Assembly (NCBI GenBank): GCA_038321985.1
Contig: JBBQFN010000008.1
Location: 64,001-128,000, forward strand
Direction: 5' to 3'
Source of the DNA: Cyanophyceae cyanobacterium
GTDB lineage: Bacteria; Cyanobacteriota; Cyanobacteriia; Cyanobacteriales; Laspinemataceae
Length of the DNA stretch: 64,000 bases
The notes beneath the pieces were generated by a model, which had not been told where the DNA came from, ran no database searches, and saw only the letters and a program-made list of their open reading frames with translations. Numbering within the stretch: position 1 is the stretch's first letter; every line of letters begins with the position of its first letter. Both the position numbers and the translations under genes were made by a program. Shown here in pieces: positions 53,401 to 63,639 of the stretch.

Positions 53401-54042
53401 CCGCCGCAATACTCGCTCATCATTTTCCAAATCTCCAGCTTCCAACCCGGAACAGTGGGGAACTGCCGTCGCCAAAGTTGAGTTTCTGAGCAATTGTACG
53501 ATCGCCACCGGATCGAAGATTACCGAGACTCTACTCCTACTCCGGTCCTGACTCCCCTCCTCAACTACTCCAAATTCCAGTTCTTGATGAGCTTGATCGG
53601 GTTCGACTTGAATCCAGACATTCAGTTGGGAACTCAAAGCAAAAATACTCGTTTTTACTCCTTCTACGGCAATCCCCGGAACCGGCACAAATCGTAGGGC
53701 ACTACCTACACCATAGCTGGGCTTACCGGATTCGTTCGGCCTCGATTGCACTTGGGTGAAAGCAAACCTACTTGGCGTCATTGCCCTTTTTTCCTGATAA
53801 ACACCCACTTCCGATTCCAATGTTTCGGCAGTCCTCTGCCCAGTTTTATACCAAATTTCTTGTAGCGTTTGACACCGTTCTAAATTTTCTCCCACTACTA
53901 ACAAAGCCCGTAACCACCCACTGTTTTTTAAAGCATGACGTAGCAGTTGGAATAGAGACAACAACTGTGGGGCATCCAAATACAGGATAATTTGGCTGGG
54001 TAAACGATGATTCATATTTATTTTAGAATTTAGATTTTCCAT
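50401..54042 (-). CDS. Multi-sensor histidine kinase (CikA-like N-terminus, PAS, CBCR-like GAF, GAF, PAS, HisKA/HATPase)
   Basis: ANPAFCHMTGY/HPED PAS; DRVLAFQF...AECM...YRNG...DIQSAALSDCY...LWGLLVIHHC GAF; FIATTSHELRTPL; NLLTNAIKFT; GSGLGL; no REC. Confidence 0.92.
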   Translation of the reverse strand: MENLNSKINMNHRLPSQIILYLDAPQLLSLFQLLRHALKNSGWLRALLVVGENLERCQTLQEIWYKTGQRTAETLESEVGVYQEKRAMTPSRFAFTQVQSRPNESGKPSYGVGSALRFVPVPGIAVEGVKTSIFALSSQLNVWIQVEPDQAHQELEFGVVEEGSQDRSRSRVSVIFDPVAIVQLLRNSTLATAVPHCSGLEAGDLENDERVLRRFWLQALHLISSQQSSQGVVSENGKRGEFNPAGEKNTHKRKFSEGSDASRLPPTQETADQPSSWVSFPNPGFDPMFWNCPTGIVYHSIDGGILKANPAFCHMTGYSPSQLRYLDSRAISHPEDFATLLRGIQQMVREGVKRQTLRQRFICANGSILAAEVTLSLVGKEEEESYFITFVSDLSDRARAEQELQQRRSREMLLSRISAKIRSTFDLPTILKLGVQGLRQALDTDRVLAFQFLPDGSGVCVCEDVQAPYPAIKGKWFPAECMPLVHREAYRNGHLGSVTDIQSAALSDCYREMLNQFRVRSFMGVAIGRNQEEYLTPDSLTVGKLQNSTLEDPDHLEENLREFSSVSNLWGLLVIHHCHGPRQWTADEKQLVQAVANQMAIAIEQANLVQQLRSYARELEDRVQQRTTTLARSLQFEQLIRHLTETLCSATDEDRVMSAAVEGIVETLGVESCHTLLWDEEKSAYQVRASFLNPHSETPLPVATLLNFHHLSPQCRTLLLQGELCFLKVIEDDENGDRPLAGNLDSTGSPETPFLQQTLVPIADDSGFIGALSIIQPLNKSWDADEIELVKQVARVCAIAIRQARLLRQEQSSRLSADYFRSFLRQSSDIFVEYDTQLRYVSINSAGAAFFGLTREQTIGKTNRELSADAASAIEPLLRHVYETGDRVLVSHEISFPIGNKILETVYSPISDENGTIHRIIAIARDVSEFRHQWQRLQEQNQELAAINRLKEEFIATTSHELRTPLTAILGFSSVLIEESFGSLNTKQKVYLDRIHISGQHLLSLINDILDLSRIEADRLELEPQLVYICDICQGLLSLIQERLTNHGLQFQMEVDPTLESMVVDPRRLKQMLLNLLTNAIKFTPEGEVGLKIYRSSGNETPEAQEGKSQAKEKPMVRHHDWIHFVVWDTGIGIDESDRPRLFSPFSQIDSSLTRKYQGSGLGLAITQKLVELHGGWISVNSHPNQGSTFSITLPLYESATEILLDALKNGTA

Positions 54043-54623
54043 AGTTTTAAGAAAAAGTGGGCCAATTTGTTCATTTTTGGATTTGACTAAGTTAATGATT
54101 CCCTAACTGAGGCCGCAGTATTTAAAGGATTACCCCAAAGACTTTAAACGTAATGTTTCTTAACAAAAAAACTAAAATTCCTGAATACACAAGGAGCATA
54201 AAGACCGAGGTGACAAGCCCAGCTCTTGTCACAATAATTTAACAAATTTTCCCCACACAACCCACCCCTTTAACCTGTCTTAAGAGCTTCTTGTCCTGTC
54301 TAAATGACCTACGGACCTTAAGAAGTGCTCAGGACTGGGACGAAAACACGCCCACGCTTTTAGTTCCCTCGCACCCCCTCAACCTTTAGCATAGCTCTCC
54401 TCTGAAAATTCTGTCACTCCTCCGATGAACATAAGACGGCAGCATTCTCTCTACTAAGTCGAGTATTTTTGAGGGGCTTTTACCCCAGAGGGGCAACTCT
54501 GGGAGGGAGCCGATCGGATATAAACTAGAGGATGTGACCCGAGATGTAAGCCGGGTAATATAAGAACTGACCGGGTTACTCTCCAGAGCAAGTGTTGCTT
54601 AAGTCCTGGATAAATAGCGCATC

Positions 54624-54763
54624 TATAGCATTTTCCCGAGTTATGAGGTACCGATAGTTATTAGGAGTGGGAGCATCTTGCTTCCTCTTGAAGATAGCGA
54701 GCAAGATGCTCCCACTCCGCTAGTGATTTTTATGAGTACCTCATGAGTCCGGAAATCGCTATA
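54624..54763 (-). mobile_element. 136-bp MITE, copy 2 (flanks in opposite orientation to copy 1)
   Basis: TA|tagcattttcccgagttatgaggtac...gtacctcatgagtccggaaatcgcta|TA; same length as copy 1, flanks nearly identical after reverse complementation. Confidence 0.85.
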
Positions 54764-55031
54764 AATCATTTTACAAGAGGATGCAGCAGTGCAAATATGT
54801 AATCTTACTACTGCGCCTCAGAAGCGAAACTTTCAATAATTATCACATTCATTGAGACGCCCGATATATGCATACTTCTTAGAAATCTTCTTCTAATTTT
54901 TTAAAGCAGGATAGTCCTAGGGTGAATTAATTCCTACCCTACAGACTTCCCGGGGGGCGGTAGGATAATTTAGGAGCATACCCCTGGAGGGAAAGAGTCT
55001 GACGGAGCTTATTTTACCAGAAAAATCCAAA

Positions 55032-56096
55032 CTAACGAATTTTCACAAAACCCGCTTGTTCAATTAACCTTTGTCCCTGTTCCGTCAGCAGGAGTGTCGC
55101 GTATGCTTCGGCCAGTTGTTGGTCAATTTGACCATTTTCTTTGGCAATCACAAATAAGCGCCGGGTGAGAGGATACTCCCCGCTTTGAAAGGCTGCGGCA
55201 TTGAGTTTGTTTCGCCCTGTCGGACAATCCTGAGATGGGATGAAAGGTTCTTGGTAAGGTGGAATCAAGCGATTTGAGCGTCCGGCGATCGCCAGGGGTC
55301 TAATGCTACACTGTCCGACAATTTCCGGTGCTGAAGCGTAGTAAATTCCCCCTAAGCGACTGCCAACAGCTCGCAATGCCATAGTTGTTGTAGACATAAA
55401 CTCGACATTACTACCAAAGGCCTCTCCACCCATTACATTTTCTATAAAGTATTCAATTGTCCCACTGTTTTCAGGGCGGCGAGAATAGGGGATAATTTCC
55501 ACATCAGGTCCTCCGACTTGACTCCAATTCCAGATTTCACCCGTATAGATTTCTTTTAGCTGAATCAAGGTTAATCCGGGGATATCTAAGTCAGGATTGA
55601 CCGCGATCGCAATCCCATCCAGGGCAACTGGAATGGCTTTTAAAGTAAATCCTAGTTGTCTTGCTTGTTGTTGTTCTTCTTCTTTAATGGAACGGGATGA
55701 TTGAGCAAAAACAAGCTGATTATCTAACATCATCTCAATTCCCGTTCCAGAACCCGGAGGTTGCGTTGGATGCTGGGTATAGCGCAATTTAAACCCCGGT
55801 AAAACCATTTGAATTACTGGGTCCACGGTGCCCCGAATCGGTGCCCAACTGGTGCTACCTCCATAAGTCGCGAGTCCTGAAGGCAGATTAGGAACCTGAG
55901 CAAAACTATCAATTTTAGCATCGGGATCGAATCGATAAGGGGGCAAGGATTGAGTAGAAATTCGTCCTGGGGTTAAATTTTCCTCCTCGAAGGGTGTGCC
56001 GAATCCTCGGATGAATCCCCAAATAATTCCCCCGGCTAAACTCAGGGCAATTAGCACGGTTAAGACAAAAATTGTTGTTTCGTTTTTCACTGACAT
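55032..56096 (-). CDS. PstS-like (PBP2) substrate-binding protein with N-terminal TM anchor
   Basis: YGGSTSWAP, GSGTGI, AQSSR, VALDGIAIAVNP, IYTGEI.NW, SR...SGT, YPLTRRLFV. Confidence 0.88.
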   Translation of the reverse strand: MSVKNETTIFVLTVLIALSLAGGIIWGFIRGFGTPFEEENLTPGRISTQSLPPYRFDPDAKIDSFAQVPNLPSGLATYGGSTSWAPIRGTVDPVIQMVLPGFKLRYTQHPTQPPGSGTGIEMMLDNQLVFAQSSRSIKEEEQQQARQLGFTLKAIPVALDGIAIAVNPDLDIPGLTLIQLKEIYTGEIWNWSQVGGPDVEIIPYSRRPENSGTIEYFIENVMGGEAFGSNVEFMSTTTMALRAVGSRLGGIYYASAPEIVGQCSIRPLAIAGRSNRLIPPYQEPFIPSQDCPTGRNKLNAAAFQSGEYPLTRRLFVIAKENGQIDQQLAEAYATLLLTEQGQRLIEQAGFVKIR

Positions 56097-56436
56097 TGTT
56101 GATATTTAATAAGAGGTAAATTTGAGGATTATTGATTTAAATAGAGCGAGGATTATTTCGGCATTTGACAGAAGAGGGCTATTTGAAATTAAAATAATAT
56201 AAGTCAACGAATATTCTTCTGAGATATGTTGGGTGAATCTAGCAGGGGAAGGATTTGGTTCGGTGATAATTGTTAAGGAGCGTTTCTCTCCTAGGTAGCC
56301 GAAATTTCCAGATAAATTGGATATGCTATAGCTTGATAAATTTTGTGATTAAGGTTGATTTTAGCATCTTTTTATTCAATTCTTTGAAAAAATTAGAGAA
56401 ATAATTCAAAATAATTTAATTTGAATAGAAAAATAG

Positions 56437-57852
56437 TTATAAAAATTTAGAAATTAGCTTAGAAACCAAACGAAATAAGGCGGTAAAAGCCACAGCACAG
56501 CAACTGGCAAAAATGGGGATAAATAAAAGAGCTTCTCGTAAAAATGTGCTATTTAGAGGCGGAATAAATGCTACAATACCAAAGGTAAGGACAGCGAGAA
56601 TGAGTAAATCATATTTTTCGATGAAGCGGCGGGATTGAGCGAAAATTAGAGCCGTTAATATCAGTAACCAAGCAAGAGTACCGATCGCCGGTGCCAATCC
56701 TAAGCTGCGTAGAGCAATTAAAAGTAGGCCCCCTTCAAATCCGGTAAAGGCTGCTCCTCGTAACACCTCCAAGGTGGAAAAATGCGCGACAGAAGGGGGA
56801 GAAATAGCAGCAGGGGCAGGAGAAATAGGAGAGGGGAGGGATAGGGCGGCAATGGGGGCAGCGGGAACGGGTGGGGTGCTCGGAAGGGGCGCGGGGGGAG
56901 AATCGAGAGCCGCTAAGACTTCTTGAGCGGATTGGAAACGTTGACTGGGTGTAGAGATGAGTAAACGATCCAAAATATCAGCGAGGCGATCGCTCACAGT
57001 CCCTTGGCTTCGCCAGTTCCATTTATTGCTATAAGCATCGAATAACTCCTGGGGTTCTTTTGCAGTGAGTAACATGATGCAAGTAACAGCTAGAGCATAT
57101 AAATCTGTAGCGGGAAATACCGTTCGCCCTGCCATTTGTTCGGGAGGAGCAAAACCCATTGAATAAATACCCGTGGAGCGTCCACTGCCGGTTATGCTTG
57201 GAGATTGGGCCACTTGTTTGACAGCTCCAAAATCTAATAAATAGAGACGACCATTTGTTTGCGATCGCATGATATTCGAGGGTTTGATATCCCGATGAAT
57301 TGTCTCATTTTCATGAACAAAGGAGAGAATTTTCAGAATTTCTACAAAAACCTCCCGCACTTGCTCCTCGGAGAATTTACCCTTAGCTTGTAATTCTTCT
57401 TCGAGATTTTGACCGTCAATAAACTCCTGGACCAAATAAAAAAATTGGTCTTTTTTACCCGGAATTTTGCTAGAACTTTCCAGGGGAAAAAATGCTAGTA
57501 AATCAGGAATTTGGGGATGTTTGTTGCCGAGGCGATCAAGCACTTCAGCCTCCCGATCAAAGAGGGTTTGGGCGATCGCTAATTGTTGGGGACTCAGGTC
57601 TCCAGCGGGCTGAAATTGCTTGACTACACAGGTTCGCATTGCCGGAGTGCGGCGATCGCGGGCTAGAAATGCTGCCCCAAAGCCCCCTTGACCTAATAGC
57701 CGGACGGGCAGATACCGACCATCTAAAATCAAAGGCATCCCACAAGTGGTACAAAATTTTTGCTGGATTGTTTTGAGGGTAGTGGTATCGTCCAGATCCG
57801 TAAAACTATTCTGAGGGCGCAAGCAGCCCGGACGAGTGCAGTAAATTTCCAT
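56437..57852 (-). CDS. Hanks-type Ser/Thr protein kinase with N-terminal 4-Cys Zn ribbon and C-terminal TM helices
   Basis: CTRPGC...CTTCG; LGQGGFG, VVKQ, IHRDIKPSN, LLDFG, GFAPPEQ, DLYAL; Pro-rich linker; about 4 TMs. Confidence 0.95.
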   Translation of the reverse strand: MEIYCTRPGCLRPQNSFTDLDDTTTLKTIQQKFCTTCGMPLILDGRYLPVRLLGQGGFGAAFLARDRRTPAMRTCVVKQFQPAGDLSPQQLAIAQTLFDREAEVLDRLGNKHPQIPDLLAFFPLESSSKIPGKKDQFFYLVQEFIDGQNLEEELQAKGKFSEEQVREVFVEILKILSFVHENETIHRDIKPSNIMRSQTNGRLYLLDFGAVKQVAQSPSITGSGRSTGIYSMGFAPPEQMAGRTVFPATDLYALAVTCIMLLTAKEPQELFDAYSNKWNWRSQGTVSDRLADILDRLLISTPSQRFQSAQEVLAALDSPPAPLPSTPPVPAAPIAALSLPSPISPAPAAISPPSVAHFSTLEVLRGAAFTGFEGGLLLIALRSLGLAPAIGTLAWLLILTALIFAQSRRFIEKYDLLILAVLTFGIVAFIPPLNSTFLREALLFIPIFASCCAVAFTALFRLVSKLISKFL

Positions 57853-57878
57853 ATAAAATTCAGTAATTTTACCGGAGG

Positions 57879-57948
57879 GATTTTAGATTTCAGATGCTAA
57901 CTTTGATTGATACTACTTCTACAATCAGGCGATCTAAAATCTAAAATC
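57879..57948. repeat. Inverted STRR-type heptamers (gatttta / taaaatc)
   Basis: gattttagatt...atctaaaatctaaaatc; the same heptamer recurs near 19772-19795 and 45420-45440. Confidence 0.6.
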
Positions 57949-57958
57949 TCAAACCTGT

Positions 57959-58969
57959 TTAGCTGACGGTTGAATTGGTCGGAACGGGTTTCAAAGGCGC
58001 AGGTTCTATAAGTTCCAGAGGCTTTTCCATGGGGCTATCCAGAAGAGGTTGAGTGGAGAACTGGGGTAAAATTTCCTGACTAAATGCCTCCGCTGCTTTA
58101 GAGCGATACCGATTGGGATTGTAAATTACTGAAAGTATTCGCTTGACCACGACCCCCTCAATGGTGGAGCGGTGAAGAATACCCATTTGCAATTCTTTTT
58201 CGATGGCAGAAATTGAAACAAAAGCGGCTCCTAGACCAGACTGAACCGCATTTTTAATCGCTTCAATCGAATTGAGTTCCATCTCTAATTTGAGACGGCG
58301 GGTATCAATATCGCAACGGCTGAGCACTTGATCGATGACTTTGCGAATGGTCGATTGGGAGTCCAGAGCGATGAACTGCAACTTATAAAGGTCTTCTTTT
58401 TGAATTTTTTCGAGTTTGGCAAAGGGATGAAACACGGGCAGAATCAAAGCCAATTCATCTTCAGCATAAGCCTGAATTTCCAGAGACTCTTGGAGTTCGG
58501 GGGGGACTTCACCGCCCACGATCGCCAGGTCGATTTGTCCATTTGCCACACTCCAAGCCGTGCGCCTGGTGGAATGAACGTGCAATTGCACCGCCACGTC
58601 CGGGTACTTCTGTCGAAACATCCCAATCATGCGGGGGAGAAGATAGGTCCCGGTGGTTTGGGAAGCCCCGACAATCAAGGTGCCGCCTTGAAGATTTTGT
58701 AAATCCTCAATAGCGCGACAGGTTTCCTGACACAAGGTCAGAATTTTTTCACCGTAACTGAGCAAGAGGTGTCCGGCTTCCGTTAGTTGGGCACGACGCC
58801 CCCCTCGATCAAATAACGGCACATCCAACTGCCGCTCTAGGTTTTGCACCTGTAGGCTGACGGCGGGCTGAGAAACGTATAAACTATCTGCCGCACGTTT
58901 AAAGCTTCCCTCAGCGGCGATCGCTTTGAGAATGCGTAACTGATCTAAAGTGAAAGGTAGATCGGACAT
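57959..58969 (-). CDS. rbcR: LysR-family regulator, RbcR/Ycf30 type
   Basis: [77 protein letters not shown]. Confidence 0.88.
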   Translation of the reverse strand: MSDLPFTLDQLRILKAIAAEGSFKRAADSLYVSQPAVSLQVQNLERQLDVPLFDRGGRRAQLTEAGHLLLSYGEKILTLCQETCRAIEDLQNLQGGTLIVGASQTTGTYLLPRMIGMFRQKYPDVAVQLHVHSTRRTAWSVANGQIDLAIVGGEVPPELQESLEIQAYAEDELALILPVFHPFAKLEKIQKEDLYKLQFIALDSQSTIRKVIDQVLSRCDIDTRRLKLEMELNSIEAIKNAVQSGLGAAFVSISAIEKELQMGILHRSTIEGVVVKRILSVIYNPNRYRSKAAEAFSQEILPQFSTQPLLDSPMEKPLELIEPAPLKPVPTNSTVS

Positions 58970-59532
58970 ACTGCTAAACCTGAAAGGGGCAAAGGGTCTG
59001 ATGGCAACCGACGGATTAACATCAAGGGGCAAGGAATGGGCAGATCCAGTATTGCTATGGAATCAATCAAGCTCGGCTGCCTCGGGAAAATAGCACAACC
59101 GGCCATTCCAGTCCCGGATAATCAGTGGTTAGGTTGTACTGGAGTTTACCAAATCGCCGGAGATAGCCCTATCTTTGATAAAAGCAAAACTAGGTGGCGA
59201 TCGGCGATCCCGTCAAAGCACAGAGCGCGATCCCCTCTGTCAAAAATTATGATCTCCTGCTATCGGCGATCTGATAACTGACTCAGTTTATCTTATAGTT
59301 GAACTGACAAACTCACCCAAACTAGCGTGCTTCATCCTCTAGGGTTTTACATTGAATCCAACCGAATCACATCAAACCCCCATCGCTTTTTATGTGCCGG
59401 TGTCTTAAAATGTTTTTCACGACGGCTAAGGGTTCTGCATCCGATCTGGCGTCGGTCGCAATCTGGACAGCCGTTTCAGGAATAGTGGGGGTGTAGTTGG
59501 CCTTGGATATTAGAAGTGGGAAAGAGCTGGGG

Positions 59533-60246
59533 ATGTTTTCAGACGGGTTAACTTCTAGTCATTTTATAATGATCGGGCTGTTGTTTGGGTTCGCGATCGC
59601 CCACAGTGGATTAGCTGCCCTGCGCCCTCGAGGAGAACAACTCATCGGCGCACGATTCTATCGGGTTTTGTTCGCCCTGGTGAGTCTACCATTGGCTGTG
59701 GTGTTGATTATTTATTTCTTTAACCACCGCTACGATGGCCTACAACTGTGGCAAGTCCAGGGAGTGCCTGGAGTCATGCCGTTGGTGTGGACTCTCTCGG
59801 CGATTTCGTTTATTTTTCTCTACCCAGCTACGTTTAATCTGCTGGAAGTGGCAGCGATCGCCAAGCCCCAAGTTCACTTGTTTGAAACCGGAATTATTCG
59901 GATTAGCCGTCATCCTCAAATGGTCGGCCAAGTCATTTGGTGCCTGGCCCATACCTTATGGATTGGGACTTCCTTTACCCTAGTCACCTCTATCGGGTTA
60001 GTGTTGCACCATTTATTTGCGGTATGGCATGGCGATCGCCGCCTGAAAGTCCGCTATGGAGACGCCTTTGAGGCGGTAAAAGCCCGCACTTCCGTGATCC
60101 CATTTGTGGCGATCGCCCAGGGCCGCCAAACTCTAAAATGGGAGGAATTTTTGCGTCCAGCGTATCTCGGCGTGGCGGTTTTCACTGTAGCGTTATGGTG
60201 GGCGCATCCCCTATTAATGCGTGCCACTAGCAGTGTCCCTTGGTAA
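59533..60246 (+). CDS. NnrU-family membrane protein (15-cis-zeta-carotene isomerase Z-ISO homologue)
   Basis: FAIAHSGLAALRP, NHRYDG, YPATFNLLEVAAI, GIIRISRHPQMVGQ, HHLFAVWHGDRRL. Confidence 0.88.
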   Translation: MFSDGLTSSHFIMIGLLFGFAIAHSGLAALRPRGEQLIGARFYRVLFALVSLPLAVVLIIYFFNHRYDGLQLWQVQGVPGVMPLVWTLSAISFIFLYPATFNLLEVAAIAKPQVHLFETGIIRISRHPQMVGQVIWCLAHTLWIGTSFTLVTSIGLVLHHLFAVWHGDRRLKVRYGDAFEAVKARTSVIPFVAIAQGRQTLKWEEFLRPAYLGVAVFTVALWWAHPLLMRATSSVPW

Positions 60247-60294
60247 GAACCGGGACGAAACAGAAGATTGGGGAAGATTCGCTCGCTCTAAATG

Positions 60295-61746
60295 CTAAAT
60301 AATTGCCTTTAAATCCAGACTAGCTGTATTGAGTTGTTCTGTGCTTTCTCGGGTATTGGCAATTCCCTTAACCGTTTCTTTTGCTCCCACATTGAGCGAA
60401 TTCATTGCTTCAACCACCTGCTCGATCGCACTGACTTGTTGTTGGGCATTCAAGGCGATTTGTTGAGAACTCATCACCACTTCGTTGATAGAATCCCGGA
60501 CACCATTCAAGGCATCAGCCGTTTCTTGGGCAATATTCACACCGCGATCAACGGTTTTTGTCCCTTCATCGGTGACTAGAACCGTAGAATTAATCGCACC
60601 CTGGATATCCCCTACTAATGTATTAATTTTCTGGGCCGATTTTTGGCTTTGGTCCGCCAACTTGCGAATTTCGCTCGCCACTACCCCAAAACCCTTCCCT
60701 TGTTCTCCTGCTCGCACCGCTTCAACCGCCGCATTCAAGGCTAACATATTGGTTTGATTGGCAATTTCGCTCACCAATTTTGAGATATTTCCAATCTGAG
60801 ACGTCTGTTCGCTCAGTTGTAAAATTTGCTGGGCGATCGCACTGACTTTTTCTTTTAAAATCCTCTGGGATTCTAGGCTGCGTCCGACAGTTTCTGTCCC
60901 GATTTCGGTCAAATGTAGTGCCTGCTGCGCACCGGATGCGGAGGATTGTGCTTGTTCGGCAGATTGGCGCGATGAGGCTTCGAGTTCGTCCATTGTGGTC
61001 GTGGTTTCGTTGATCGCACTGGCTGCAAGGGCGGTGGTGCGTTCCTGTTGTTCTAAAGTGGCAGCAATCTCGGTGGAGGAGTTGGCAATGCGGCGAACAG
61101 CCTGCTCAATGGTGTTAGAAATTCCTGATGAGATTCCCAAGGAGGCGATCGCAGAAAACCCCAGACACATCAATGTACCCAGCACTAGGGCTAGGGTTAA
61201 ACTATGAATGGCCTTTTTCGCTGCCGCAGTCGCTGCAGTTAAAGTCTCCTGTTCAGCCGAATCAAATTCCCCGCTGAGGGCTACAAAACTATCTATATAT
61301 TTCTTGCCTTCCCCTGTTTTAAACAGAGAAAGGGCGGTGGGATCCTGGTTGTTATCAATTAAAGTAATGATTCGTTCAGAAAAATCAGCATACCCGGTTT
61401 GAAATTTTGCCATTTCTTCAATTCGCTGGTGCTGTCTAGAATCTTTTATGGTAGTTTCTGCCTCTATAACTGCTTTATTAAATCGATTTTTTGATTTTTC
61501 ATAATTAAGCAAAGACTCAGAGGTTTGAAATAATAAATAGCCGCGTAAGTACAGGACCATATCTCGAAAACTATTATCTAACTCTTGTCCAATTTTAAGG
61601 GTGTCTTGAGTGAGTTCCACCTGCCGAAATATTTTAGAAATTTGGGTAGCATTAAAGTAAATGAATCCCGCTAAAAAGAAAAACAAAACAACCGGAATCG
61701 AGTATCCCCCAATTATGCGGTTTCTTAACTTCAAATGGTCAAACAT
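60295..61746 (-). CDS. Transmembrane methyl-accepting chemotaxis protein (CHASE3-like sensor)
   Basis: TM1, LRGYLLF CHASE3-like region, TM2, tip [37 protein letters not shown]. Confidence 0.93.
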   Translation of the reverse strand: MFDHLKLRNRIIGGYSIPVVLFFFLAGFIYFNATQISKIFRQVELTQDTLKIGQELDNSFRDMVLYLRGYLLFQTSESLLNYEKSKNRFNKAVIEAETTIKDSRQHQRIEEMAKFQTGYADFSERIITLIDNNQDPTALSLFKTGEGKKYIDSFVALSGEFDSAEQETLTAATAAAKKAIHSLTLALVLGTLMCLGFSAIASLGISSGISNTIEQAVRRIANSSTEIAATLEQQERTTALAASAINETTTTMDELEASSRQSAEQAQSSASGAQQALHLTEIGTETVGRSLESQRILKEKVSAIAQQILQLSEQTSQIGNISKLVSEIANQTNMLALNAAVEAVRAGEQGKGFGVVASEIRKLADQSQKSAQKINTLVGDIQGAINSTVLVTDEGTKTVDRGVNIAQETADALNGVRDSINEVVMSSQQIALNAQQQVSAIEQVVEAMNSLNVGAKETVKGIANTRESTEQLNTASLDLKAII

Positions 61747-62190
61747 AATAGATGTGATTGATAATAACTAATGAACACAAATTTAGCCTAATCAAGCAAT
61801 GAGACCTTTGGGGAGCGTGGGTGATAGTCCCGCAGAGGTAAAGAAAACTGGATAACCTCAACTCTATTAAGGTTTTAGTCTGGTCCCAGGGTTAACGTAG
61901 TTGCATCCACAACCCCACGAGGGTTGTCAGCACCCGTCAAGGAGAGCAAAGCCCAGTTTGCCTCTCCCACCAGGGGGGAGAAAAATTAATGGGGGAGAAG
62001 GAAAGTAACACCAATTTTTAATGGGAATAAAGAATAACAGGGAAGGATTTCATACTGAATTTGGGTCTCGAAGGTCTATCAACACCGACCCCCGAGCCGG
62101 TGCGGCTACAGGGACCTAGCTGTGCTTCGACTGCGCTCAGCAGGCGCTTTTCAGAAAAGAAAACAGGTCTTTAGATACCCAGATTTACTA

Positions 62191-63639
62191 TCAAACTACC
62201 GACTTCAGATGCAAAGCTGCTTCTTTGAGTCGTTGGGTCCCAATTTTGATCTGAGTGATCCCCGTGGCACTTTGGGAAGCGCCCTGGTTAAGGTCGTTCA
62301 TGGCCGTGAGAACTTGTTGGATAGCATCGGCTTGTTCCTTGCTATTGAAAGATATCTCGGCAACATTGACGGAGACTTGATTGATAGCATTCCGCACTCC
62401 TTCAAAGGTCGCCGCTGTATCGCCGACAATGCGGATGCTTTCAGAAACGCTTTCGGAACTTTCGCTGCTGGCAACGACGGTAGATTTGAGGGCTTTTTCG
62501 ATGTCGGTGACTAGAGTATTAATTTTTTCGGCAGATCGATGACTTTGATCGGCTAATTTGCGAATCTCCGTAGCCACAACCCCAAATCCCTTTCCTTGCT
62601 CTCCGGCGCGGACTGCTTCTACGGCAGCATTGAGGGCCAGGACGCTGGTTTGAGTGGCTAAATCGCCAACAATTCCGGCGATCGAGCCAATTTGAGTCGC
62701 TCGTTCGCTCAATTCGTCAACCCGCGATCGCATCACGCCTACAGTTTGTTTCAGCTTTGTCATTTCCTCCAGGGTGCGATCAACTGCTTGAGTCCCGGAT
62801 CCGGTAAGGGCTAAGGCTTGTTTGGCCCCTGTAGCCGAGGCGATCGCTTGATGGGCCGCTTGAGCGGCGGAACGATTTAACTGTTGCATTACCACACTGG
62901 TTTCATGCACGGATCCAGCTTGCTGCTGGGCAATCTGTTCCTGTTCTGTGGTGGCGCTGGCAATCTGAGTGGAGGTGCTGACCAGAGTATTGATGATATC
63001 CGTCAGGGTAGCGGCGATCGCCCCTCGGATAATCGCAAAACCCAGGGGTGAACCAATCAATAAAGCCAGGGACAATAAGGGAATAAAAATAATTTGCGTG
63101 CGTTGGTACACTGCTGCTGCTTTTTCCCGTTCGTGTTGGGCAATTTCTAACTGTAAATTAATTAACTCATTGATTTTCTCCGTGAGCGGGTCGATCGCCT
63201 CGTAGAGGTAACCATTAAATTCGTTTAAAGCAGCTCGGTTATTTGACTGTAAGGCAAGTTGAAGCCGGTCAACATCGCGATCGGCACGGACAAACAATTG
63301 TTCAACTTCCCGAGCGATTCTAACCTCCTGGAGGGTGAGTTGAGTTGCCTGATAAGCCTCCCAGTTCAATTCTCTGCGCTTCATGGCGGTTCTCACCGAT
63401 TGCAGCGCCTGTTCCATCGTCCATAAACCCACATCAGCCTTGTTCACTGCATCAATCACGGCGATTCCGTAATCATCAGAAATGACCTTTAACTGCTGTA
63501 ATGGCACAACGCGATCGTCATAGATGGTCTCAACTTGTCGGTCAATATTGGCAAAAGAAATGAGGGAATAAATCCCTAATCCCGCCAGACACAGGGTAGG
63601 AATCGCGAATCCTATATAAAGCTTTCGCCCTAACCTCAT
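62191..63639 (-). CDS. Transmembrane methyl-accepting chemotaxis protein (4HB sensor)
   Basis: TM1, IYDDRVVPLQQL four-helix-bundle motif, TM2, tip [30 protein letters not shown]. Confidence 0.93.
   Translation of the reverse strand: MRLGRKLYIGFAIPTLCLAGLGIYSLISFANIDRQVETIYDDRVVPLQQLKVISDDYGIAVIDAVNKADVGLWTMEQALQSVRTAMKRRELNWEAYQATQLTLQEVRIAREVEQLFVRADRDVDRLQLALQSNNRAALNEFNGYLYEAIDPLTEKINELINLQLEIAQHEREKAAAVYQRTQIIFIPLLSLALLIGSPLGFAIIRGAIAATLTDIINTLVSTSTQIASATTEQEQIAQQQAGSVHETSVVMQQLNRSAAQAAHQAIASATGAKQALALTGSGTQAVDRTLEEMTKLKQTVGVMRSRVDELSERATQIGSIAGIVGDLATQTSVLALNAAVEAVRAGEQGKGFGVVATEIRKLADQSHRSAEKINTLVTDIEKALKSTVVASSESSESVSESIRIVGDTAATFEGVRNAINQVSVNVAEISFNSKEQADAIQQVLTAMNDLNQGASQSATGITQIKIGTQRLKEAALHLKSVV

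Noticed and set aside
56100..56140. Possible cyanobacterial Pho box upstream of the PstS-like gene
   Set aside because: Weak match to CTTAACCT units in AT-rich DNA and almost abutting the start codon.
62120..62145. cttcgactgcgctcag REP-like half-site between the two MCP genes
   Set aside because: Single degenerate copy with no clear partner arm; too weak to call.
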